Shown piece after piece: positions 28,119 through 35,777 of a stretch of 64,000 nucleotides of DNA (position 1 is the first letter of the stretch; each line of letters starts with the position of its first letter). The position numbers were made by a program, and so were the translations under genes. This stretch comes from Flavobacteriales bacterium (GTDB lineage Bacteria > Bacteroidota > Bacteroidia > Flavobacteriales_D > Crocinitomicaceae), in the NCBI GenBank assembly GCA_947463385.1, contig CANHSL010000003.1, positions 658-64,657 on the forward strand, in the 5' to 3' direction. The notes below the pieces were generated by a model. That model made no database searches, was not told the DNA's origin, and saw only the letters and a list, made by a program, of their open reading frames with translations.

Positions 28119-28138
28119 ACAGTTGCGCCACGGAGCCA
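28119..28138 (-). repeat. Orphan copy of the tRNA-Arg 5' end (nt 1-19 plus 1 upstream nt)
   Basis: ACAGTTGCGCCACGGAGCCA is identical to 28063-28082. Confidence 0.9.
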
Positions 28139-28183
28139 ATAAATCATGACGTTGCTTGTCCGCCGGAACGGAGTAAAGGAGGA

Positions 28184-28195
28184 CGCCACGGAGCC
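28184..28195 (-). repeat. Second, shorter orphan copy of the tRNA-Arg 5' end (nt 1-12)
   Basis: CGCCACGGAGCC is identical to 28070-28081 and 28126-28137. It lies 9 nt downstream of the -7 box. Confidence 0.7.
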
Positions 28196-28204
28196 TTTAC
28201 AGGG

Positions 28205-28212
28205 CAAAGATA
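28205..28212 (-). promoter_or_regulatory. -7 box TATCTTTG (with TTG 20 nt upstream) driving the tRNA-Arg transcript
   Basis: Minus-strand read: CTTTGGCTAGATGGCTTAGATGTTTTATCTTTGCCCTGTAAA|GGCTCCG. No other TAnnTTTG lies between it and the mature tRNA. Confidence 0.5.
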
Positions 28213-28300
28213 AAACATCTAAGCCATCTAGCCAAAGAAGTCCTTTCATCATGCACTTGAATTTTTTATCTTTATGCAATTAATTGAACTCTCTAAAGAC

Positions 28301-31132
28301 ATGAAACTAAAACTACTCACCATTGCACTCCTGTTTTGTGGCGTATTATTCTCTCAAAACTGGCAGTTTTTTATTGATTCGATTCCAACGCTATCATCAC
28401 CTAGAGCCTGTGATCTAACCAATGACGGAATCAAAGACATTGTGTTTGGTGGGGGTACGGATGGCGCATTTAGTAATAATGGAATTATGGCGGTAAATGG
28501 CGCCAACGGTGCCTTGTTATGGAAACGAGCTACTCGGAATGAAGTATTTGGAAGCGCGGTATTTCAAGACATAACGAACGACGGTATAAAAGACGTGTTC
28601 ATGGTAGGCCGGCAAGCGCAATTATTAGCCATCAACGGGGCGAGCGGTGCCCTCTTATGGGATTTCTTTCCATACAACAACATTAATCCAGCAGACAGTG
28701 GGCTTTATAACTTTTATAATCCTCAGTTTATTGAAGACATCAATGGCGATGGTTTTTTAGACATATTAGTTTCCAATGGCGGAGACCATGCCGCACCCGC
28801 TTGGGATACAATTCGTCCGCCAGGACATCTGATGGTAGTCAATTCATTGAACGGACAAGTTATCGCGAAAGCTGTAGTGCCCGATAGTGCAGAAACGTAT
28901 TGCTCACCGTTGGTGGTGGATATTCAAGGCAATGGAGTTAAATGGGTGCTATACGGTACCGGAGGTGAAACACTAGGTGGAAGTTTTTGGGCTTGCCCAC
29001 TGAGTGATTTGTTAAATAATACCTTGGCTCCCTCCATTCAACTCGCTCACGATCCGAATTTAGGGTTTGTAGCGCCTGCTTCGATATACAAAACCAATAA
29101 CAATCAGTACAATATTTATATCCAATCTTATAGTGGGAAATTAATAAAAATTAAAGGGAGTAACCTCAGTGTGCATTGGAGCTATCAATTACCAAATACT
29201 GAATCCAGTGCAGAACCTGTTATTGGGAATTTTACAGGAAATAATCATCCTGATGTGTTTCTGTCCTTGGCCAAAGGGCAAAGTTCTGGGTATACCGACT
29301 ATTACCAAGTACTTCTCGATGGAGCTACAGGAAATGTAGTAATGAAGGACAGTATTGGACACCTTCAATTTGCCTCAGGAAACGCCATTGATTTAAACAA
29401 TGACGGAAGAGATGAAGCAATACTTGCCGTTAATTATATGGAGAATGGGTATTGGAAACACCGCTTGCAATCGTTTGATTTTGTAAACAATACCATTCAA
29501 GAAATTGTACCTGTTCACGCCGGAACAAATGTAGGTTCAACCCCTTTATTTACCAATCTGGACAATGACAACACCATAGATTTGGTCTACTTGGTGAAAA
29601 AAGACAGCTTAAATGTCATGGGATGGAAGGGCGTTTATGCATTTAGAACTGAATTAAACAGCAATTATCCAAATGCAGGATTAGCCTGGGGGAGTTACCT
29701 TGGTACGATGAATAACGGAGAATATCACAACACATCCATAGATTGCGGCGTTGGCAGCATTCTTTCTGGTGTGACCGTAACTCAACCCTGGTGCAACGGA
29801 ACAGCGAGTGGGGCAATCATTCCCAGTGCAACCCTAGGAACAGGACCTTATACCTATCTTTGGTCGAACGGAAGTTCAGCTCCACAACTTAACAACCTTG
29901 CTGCGGGAACCTATGTACTTCAAGTAACGGATGCTGTGGGATGTTACGAAACCTACACAGCCTATTTAACCGATCCATATGCTATTTCTTTTGGAGGTAT
30001 TTATCCTCCGACGTGTCCTGGTGGCACCAATGGGCAAGCAATCGTGAACAGCTCAGGATGTCCTTGCATGTTTAGTACCTGTGTGTTTTTGTGGGAAAAT
30101 GGCGTTACAACTAAGCCTAACAATGCGTTAGCAGAGGGATGGGCAACCATAACAATCACACATCCAAATGGTTGCGTGGTTGTCGACTCTGTACTCGTAC
30201 CCAATGCTGCGCCGGTAATTAGCCAGGCTGAATTAAACGATGTTACGTGTAATGGAAATAATGACGGTATGATACATGTGTATCCGGGCGGACCTGCACC
30301 CATAACATATTCATGGAGTAATGGATCAACCAGTGATTCACTTGGTTCGTTGAGCCCTGGAACCTACGTGTTAACGGTTTCCGATGCTAGGCCATGCTAT
30401 GACACCTTATCCTATACCATTAATGAGCCTCAACTCTTAGGGTTGACTACTCAGGTTACGCCACCTAGTTGTTGGAATAGTCAGGATGCACAGCTTAATA
30501 TACTTGCAACTGGAGGCGTTGGTGGGTATACCTATACCTCAAACGGGGTTGGAAGCTCCGCAATTATACAGGGGTTGGCTGCTGGGAGTTATTCATTGGT
30601 TGTAACCGACACTAACAACTGTTCAAGCACACCCCAAATTGTTCAGATTCAAGCGCCAAGCATGATGAATATCTCAATTTCCATAAACCCTGAATCAGCA
30701 CCCAATGCCCTAGATGGTATGGCAACAGCACACGTAACTGGCGGAACTGCTCCTTACACCTTTTTATGGTCAGATCCCAACCAGCAGAGTGACAGCTTGG
30801 CTGTTTATTTAACACAAGGTTGGTACAACGTTACTGTTACCGACGCTAACGGGTGTGAAATAAACGATAGTGTGTATATGGGTATATTAGAAAATGGTGA
30901 GACGGTGTTACCAGATTTAGGAATTTATCCAGTGCCTGCAAGCCAATGGATTCATCTCAATCAGCACGTAGACCATTGGGTGATTTATGATGCGGCCGGA
31001 AGAGCATTGTCTTCTGGTGAAGCGATTGATATTAACGTACATGATCTGCCAGATGCAGTATACCTTATAGACTGCCAAGTTCAAGGGGAATTATATCGAC
31101 TTAGATTTATTAAATCTGCTTTTGAAGAATAA
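28301..31132 (+). CDS. T9SS-secreted protein: 7-blade FG-GAP/VCBS beta-propeller, five SprB-like Cys-containing repeats, and a type A C-terminal sorting domain
   Basis: Signal peptide MKLKLLTIALLFCGVLFSQ from the ATG at 28301. Repeated D.(T/N).DG..D motifs. Repeats of the form CNG...G.I...GG..PYTY.WSNG...L..G.Y...V.D..GC. C-terminal IYPVPAS...LIDCQV..ELYRLRFIK. Confidence 0.9.
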   Translation: MKLKLLTIALLFCGVLFSQNWQFFIDSIPTLSSPRACDLTNDGIKDIVFGGGTDGAFSNNGIMAVNGANGALLWKRATRNEVFGSAVFQDITNDGIKDVFMVGRQAQLLAINGASGALLWDFFPYNNINPADSGLYNFYNPQFIEDINGDGFLDILVSNGGDHAAPAWDTIRPPGHLMVVNSLNGQVIAKAVVPDSAETYCSPLVVDIQGNGVKWVLYGTGGETLGGSFWACPLSDLLNNTLAPSIQLAHDPNLGFVAPASIYKTNNNQYNIYIQSYSGKLIKIKGSNLSVHWSYQLPNTESSAEPVIGNFTGNNHPDVFLSLAKGQSSGYTDYYQVLLDGATGNVVMKDSIGHLQFASGNAIDLNNDGRDEAILAVNYMENGYWKHRLQSFDFVNNTIQEIVPVHAGTNVGSTPLFTNLDNDNTIDLVYLVKKDSLNVMGWKGVYAFRTELNSNYPNAGLAWGSYLGTMNNGEYHNTSIDCGVGSILSGVTVTQPWCNGTASGAIIPSATLGTGPYTYLWSNGSSAPQLNNLAAGTYVLQVTDAVGCYETYTAYLTDPYAISFGGIYPPTCPGGTNGQAIVNSSGCPCMFSTCVFLWENGVTTKPNNALAEGWATITITHPNGCVVVDSVLVPNAAPVISQAELNDVTCNGNNDGMIHVYPGGPAPITYSWSNGSTSDSLGSLSPGTYVLTVSDARPCYDTLSYTINEPQLLGLTTQVTPPSCWNSQDAQLNILATGGVGGYTYTSNGVGSSAIIQGLAAGSYSLVVTDTNNCSSTPQIVQIQAPSMMNISISINPESAPNALDGMATAHVTGGTAPYTFLWSDPNQQSDSLAVYLTQGWYNVTVTDANGCEINDSVYMGILENGETVLPDLGIYPVPASQWIHLNQHVDHWVIYDAAGRALSSGEAIDINVHDLPDAVYLIDCQVQGELYRLRFIKSAFEE

Positions 31133-31134
31133 CA

Positions 31135-32820
31135 ATGAAGGGTATATTCCTCTTATTTGTAATCTTAGGTACGCTAATCTACTCATGTTCTTTAAACGAT
31201 TCAAGAGTGGCAAAGGGGGGGAAGGCCGTTTATGGCGACACCGTTAACTTATCCATTCCAGAACCTATACAAACACTTCACCCCTTATATAATTCAGATT
31301 TATATGCGCACCGAATAATTAGTAATATTTTCGAACCGCTGTTTGACCTTGATGGAAAGTCAAATGAAATAGTTCCACGTGTTGCAGCATCATTCATTTG
31401 GAAAAAAGACCATACCGTTCTACGTGTTTACATAAGAAAAGGAATTCTTTTTCATGAGGATGCATGCTTCAATGGAGGTAACGCGGAGCTTACCGCATCT
31501 GATGTTAAATTCACCCTTGAAATGGCCTGTTCTCAGAATGATATTAATCAATCAAATGATGCGCTAATTGGTAAAATAAAGGGGGCAGATGTTTTCTTTA
31601 AAAACAAAGAGATTAACTCAATTTCTGGGATTCGCATTGTAAATTCACATTGCTTAGATATTGAATTGAATGGGAAATATGCGCACTTCCCACAATTACT
31701 GACTAGTTCTAAGTATGGCATATGTTCTAAAGTTGCCTATACACATTATAAAAAGGAAATCATTAATCATCCCATAGGAACCGGACCATTTCAATTATCT
31801 CAGATAAGCAACGCACAAGTCTTACTTAGCTATAATCCCTTATATTGGCAAAAAGATGCTTTTGGAAATGCATTGCCATATCTTAATGCATTAAAATTCA
31901 AGGTAATTTCAAGTGAAAAAAATGATGTGCTGGCGTTTAAAAATCAAAAATCCGATATGATCAGTGAAGTTTCTCCACAGCACATTGATGATATATTATT
32001 CGATCTGAATACTGTACGACTAAAGAAACCCTTTGCTCATAAAGTAATGGTTATTCCTGGCAGTAGGGTCTCTATGATGGTGCTAAATCAACACTATGAA
32101 TGTTTCAAAGATCCTAGAGTAAGAAAAGCCATAGATTTGGTAATCGATCGCGAAATTATTGCCAATGAACTTATGAATGGGGATGGAATTCCTGCAAAAC
32201 AAGGCTTTGCTCCGCCATCTTCCTATTATAACAACAATGAACTTCCTAAAAAACCCGTAGATGTGGTGCTCGCCAAACAACTATTTAGGGAGGCAGGATA
32301 CGGTCCAAATCACCCGTTTCCCGACATAAATCTTTACATAGCTGGGAATAATTCACAACAAGCCAAGATATATTGTCAATACATTGCTAAGCAATTAAAT
32401 ACTGTATTTGGGATTCAAACCACAATACACGAGGTGGATTTAGCTACGAGATACAAAGCCGTTGTTTCTAATAAGGCGGCCATATGGAAACTCGGTTGGT
32501 CGCCAGACTACCCAGATCCGGAGGCATATTTTGGCTTATTTTACAGTAAAAATCCAACCAATAAAAATCAAAACCCGATGTTTCCCAAAGTGAATTCTGC
32601 CATTTATGACTTCAACTTTAGCATGGGAATGGAAGAATCGGATAATGGGCTGCGCAATAATTATTTCACAACCTGTGATTTAATTTTACAAGAAGAGCAT
32701 TGGGTTTTACCTATATTATATGAAGACTTTGTATTTGTGTATAACTTAAAAATGCGTGGTATTAAGATAAGTCAAATCGGATTGTTTGATTTTACAGAAA
32801 CCTATATTAAGCCCCTTTAA
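31135..32820 (+). CDS. Family-5 (peptide/nickel type) ABC solute-binding lipoprotein, orphan
   Basis: 561 aa with lipobox LIYSC. SBP_bac_5-like N-terminal region (PLYNSDLYAHRIISNIFEPLFDLD...VPRVAASF...IRKGILFHED...LTASDVKFT). No permease or ATPase genes are nearby. Confidence 0.85.
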   Translation: MKGIFLLFVILGTLIYSCSLNDSRVAKGGKAVYGDTVNLSIPEPIQTLHPLYNSDLYAHRIISNIFEPLFDLDGKSNEIVPRVAASFIWKKDHTVLRVYIRKGILFHEDACFNGGNAELTASDVKFTLEMACSQNDINQSNDALIGKIKGADVFFKNKEINSISGIRIVNSHCLDIELNGKYAHFPQLLTSSKYGICSKVAYTHYKKEIINHPIGTGPFQLSQISNAQVLLSYNPLYWQKDAFGNALPYLNALKFKVISSEKNDVLAFKNQKSDMISEVSPQHIDDILFDLNTVRLKKPFAHKVMVIPGSRVSMMVLNQHYECFKDPRVRKAIDLVIDREIIANELMNGDGIPAKQGFAPPSSYYNNNELPKKPVDVVLAKQLFREAGYGPNHPFPDINLYIAGNNSQQAKIYCQYIAKQLNTVFGIQTTIHEVDLATRYKAVVSNKAAIWKLGWSPDYPDPEAYFGLFYSKNPTNKNQNPMFPKVNSAIYDFNFSMGMEESDNGLRNNYFTTCDLILQEEHWVLPILYEDFVFVYNLKMRGIKISQIGLFDFTETYIKPL

Positions 32821-33775
32821 GGATCTCTCTAATTTGGTCTTCTACCCAACCCTTGCCCCATTGATCTATTTCCTCGGCAGTCCATAAGCTTGGATAAAAA
32901 ATACGTTTTTGAAATTTTGGAGGCAAATACTTTTGCCAATTGGTTCCTCCCGTTGCTGCAACATCTACATCTTTTCTTGATAGGTAACGAACTGCTGATT
33001 TGTAATGCGCTAGAGGCCAAAATACGTTAACGTTCAAATCATTCGTGCGCAGCACCTTTTTCACCTCTTCATCGGCTTGATCTGCTTCTGATAAATTCAA
33101 ATATACTTGCCATAGGTTGCGTGATTTACAATGCTTCCCTAGGGCAATAAACGAATGCTCATACTTCTCCTCAAATTGAGTAAGGGTTAGGGTTTTATTC
33201 CCAGTTTCAATTTCAGTGGCGCCGTATTTCCAATAAATCTGTTCATACATAGCTTCTATCGAGGCATTTGAATCAAAGGTTGAACGCACATCACGTGCAA
33301 CCAAATTGATGAAATCTGTACTATAAATTTCGATTTCACGGTATTGCGCCGATTGAAAACCACTTGCTGGCAACAGGGACATTCTAAACTTCAAGAACTC
33401 ATCTCGGTCCATGCCGTCAACCATAATCGAAAAACTTTTTACCAGGGCCTCAAAATATCGATTAATACGCGTTACTCTATCTATAAAATGTGCTTTTGTT
33501 GGGGTTTCGATTTCACCTAATGCCTTAAATTCCTGAAGAACCAATTTGAAATAAAGCTCCGTGATCTGATGGTAAACTATAAAGACAAGCTCATCAGGAA
33601 ACTTTGTTTTTGGTTTTTGAAGGCTTAGTAAGGTGTCCAATTCTATATAATCCCAATACGTTGTGACATCGGCATACAGTAAGCCATCTAAATAAGAAAT
33701 TAAATCCTGTCCAATGGCCTGATATTTCGCGTTGAGTAATTCGAGCCGATCATGAAGTTCTTTTGATATTTCCAT
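32807..33775 (-). CDS. kynA: Tryptophan 2,3-dioxygenase
   Basis: 322 aa. YWDYIELDTLLSLQKP...DELVFIVYHQITELYFKL matches the TDO core motif. Confidence 0.87.
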   Translation of the reverse strand: MEISKELHDRLELLNAKYQAIGQDLISYLDGLLYADVTTYWDYIELDTLLSLQKPKTKFPDELVFIVYHQITELYFKLVLQEFKALGEIETPTKAHFIDRVTRINRYFEALVKSFSIMVDGMDRDEFLKFRMSLLPASGFQSAQYREIEIYSTDFINLVARDVRSTFDSNASIEAMYEQIYWKYGATEIETGNKTLTLTQFEEKYEHSFIALGKHCKSRNLWQVYLNLSEADQADEEVKKVLRTNDLNVNVFWPLAHYKSAVRYLSRKDVDVAATGGTNWQKYLPPKFQKRIFYPSLWTAEEIDQWGKGWVEDQIREILKGA

Positions 33776-33796
33776 TTTACGCGGTTTGTTCGGTTA

Positions 33797-34624
33797 CTAA
33801 TTTAATTGAATATGTGCTGCACGCAAGGGTTGTCCGAAGATTTCGCTGGCGTGTTCGTTAAAATAATCACTACTTTCTGTCGTATAGCAAGCAAGGGTCG
33901 CGCCCCGCGTTAACCGTTTTTCTATTTCTGGATGTCTGATTAAATAATCCTTGAGTTTTTCAGCAACCAAGGGGCCCTGAGAAAGCACCGTAACTCCCGA
34001 AGGGACCAAGGAGTCTATTAGAGACTTCAATATAGGATAATGGGTACACGCTAAGACAATAACATCAATTTCATGGTTTTGATCAAAGAGCCGTTTGATA
34101 TCAGATGCAATTATTAGTTTACCTGCTGCTGAATCATACGCTTGTTCCTCAATCAAAGGAACCCAAAGCGGACAGGCTTGCTGTATAACCGTTGTCTTTG
34201 GACTCAGCTTAGCCAATTCAATACCATATGAATTAGAGTTGACCGTACCTTCTGTTCCTAAAATACCTACTACACCAGTGCGTGATAACGATCCAATTTC
34301 CTCTGTGCTTGGTCTAATTACTCCAAGCACACGCTTTGTTGGTGCAATAATCGGTAAGTCTTTTTGTTGAATGGTTCGTAATGCTTTAGCAGAAGCGGTG
34401 TTGCATGCCAAAATCACCAGTTCACACCCCTGATCGAATAAATACTTTACCCCCTCTAAGGTATACTCATAAATTAAGTCAAAGGATTTATTGCCATAAG
34501 GTGCTCGGGCATTATCGCCCAAGTATACATAATCATACATCGGAAATGTATCAACAAATTCTCGCAATATGGTTAACCCACCGAAACCGGAATCAAAAAC
34601 GCCAATTTTCCCTGTCCTTTCCAC
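33797..34624 (-). CDS. murI: Glutamate racemase
   Basis: IGVFDSGFGGLT and ACNTAS motifs. The track start (TTG at 34651) lies inside the skp terminator hairpin, so GTG at 34624 (VERTGKIGVFDSG) is preferred. Confidence 0.92.
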   Translation of the reverse strand: MERTGKIGVFDSGFGGLTILREFVDTFPMYDYVYLGDNARAPYGNKSFDLIYEYTLEGVKYLFDQGCELVILACNTASAKALRTIQQKDLPIIAPTKRVLGVIRPSTEEIGSLSRTGVVGILGTEGTVNSNSYGIELAKLSPKTTVIQQACPLWVPLIEEQAYDSAAGKLIIASDIKRLFDQNHEIDVIVLACTHYPILKSLIDSLVPSGVTVLSQGPLVAEKLKDYLIRHPEIEKRLTRGATLACYTTESSDYFNEHASEIFGQPLRAAHIQLN

Positions 34625-34636
34625 AAAATAAAGGTA

Positions 34637-34661
34637 TAAAAAAAGGGGCAATAGCCCCTTT
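34637..34661 (-). terminator. Rho-independent terminator after skp
   Basis: Minus-strand read: AAAGGGGC-TATT-GCCCCTTT followed by a T-run of 7. Confidence 0.75.
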
Positions 34662-34678
34662 AAATTCTATATGAGTAA

Positions 34679-35194
34679 TTACTTCTTCATGGCTTCGGCA
34701 TCTAAACGAGCCAATTCAGCCTTAACTTCCATAGTAATGTCAATTCCAGTTTTCGAGTACAACAACTTTGAAACATCCAACACATAATTTACCTTTTTTC
34801 GATCTGCAACTATTTCCACTGCTTTTTGAAGTCTATCAAGGATTGGTTGATTATACTCATTTGCCAGGGTTTGAAGTTGTTGTTGAAGCAAGGATTGCGT
34901 TTGCTGGTAACGTTGCTCTAATCCCATGATCTTCTCTTGTTCAATTTTTAGCATGGTTGGGGTTAAATCACCTTTTATACCATCTAAGCGAACATACGCA
35001 TCATTGATTTGCTTTTCTAAAACAGACAACTCCGCTACACCATCGTCCTGAAATTTCTTCAAATCAGACTCCGCTTTCAAATAAGATGGCAATGAATCCA
35101 ACAAGCTCTGTGAATTCACATGAGCAATTTTCATTTGAGCATTTAAGGTCACAGTCATTAAGACGGTAGCAATAACTAATACAATTTGTTTCAT
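34679..35194 (-). CDS. OmpH/Skp family periplasmic chaperone
   Basis: 171 aa with a signal peptide and a coiled-coil-rich sequence, downstream of bamA. Confidence 0.85.
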   Translation of the reverse strand: MKQIVLVIATVLMTVTLNAQMKIAHVNSQSLLDSLPSYLKAESDLKKFQDDGVAELSVLEKQINDAYVRLDGIKGDLTPTMLKIEQEKIMGLEQRYQQTQSLLQQQLQTLANEYNQPILDRLQKAVEIVADRKKVNYVLDVSKLLYSKTGIDITMEVKAELARLDAEAMKK

Positions 35195-35209
35195 ATTTAC
35201 GTGTTTAAT

Positions 35210-35728
35210 TTATTCTTTTGTAATTCCCATTTCTTCCAAAACAGTGTTGCTAATATCTGCTTCTTTATCGGCATAAATCAAATTACTTTGATTTGCCTTA
35301 TCAAAAACAAACGTATACCCTTCTGATTTAGCAACTTTCTTCATGGCTGTATAAATACGGTCTTGAATTGGTTTGATCAATTCTTGGCGTTTCATGAAAT
35401 AATCTCCATTTAACCCAAATCGTTGGGTCTGTAGTTCCAAGGTTTCCTTTTCCAATTTTTCTATTTCTGATTTTCGTTTTGCTTTTTCTTCTGCAGGCAA
35501 TAAAATCTCTTCCTTGTTAAAATTCTCTTTTTGCGATTTAATTACATTGAAGCGGTCTTCAATATCTTTTGTCCAAGTTTCTGCGAGTTTATCAAGTTTT
35601 GCTTTTGATTCCGCATATTCTGGGATGCTATTCAACATATAATCAGAATCTATGAAGGCAAAAGACTGAGCGTTTACTTTTGTAAACAGGGCCATCATCA
35701 GGAAAATAACTACGTGCAATGATTTCAT
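35210..35728 (-). CDS. OmpH/Skp family periplasmic chaperone
   Basis: 172 aa with a signal peptide. Second tandem OmpH-like gene, as is typical of Bacteroidota. Confidence 0.85.
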   Translation of the reverse strand: MKSLHVVIFLMMALFTKVNAQSFAFIDSDYMLNSIPEYAESKAKLDKLAETWTKDIEDRFNVIKSQKENFNKEEILLPAEEKAKRKSEIEKLEKETLELQTQRFGLNGDYFMKRQELIKPIQDRIYTAMKKVAKSEGYTFVFDKANQSNLIYADKEADISNTVLEEMGITKE

Positions 35729-35777
35729 GTGTGTTTTTTGACTGCGAACGGCGAATTTACAATAATATTATCAAATT

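Noticed and set aside
27932-28279. 115-aa minus-strand ORF from the ORF track
   Set aside because: It runs straight through the tRNA-Arg gene, its 5' fragment repeats and its promoter. It has no coding-like features and is an artefact of the open frame.
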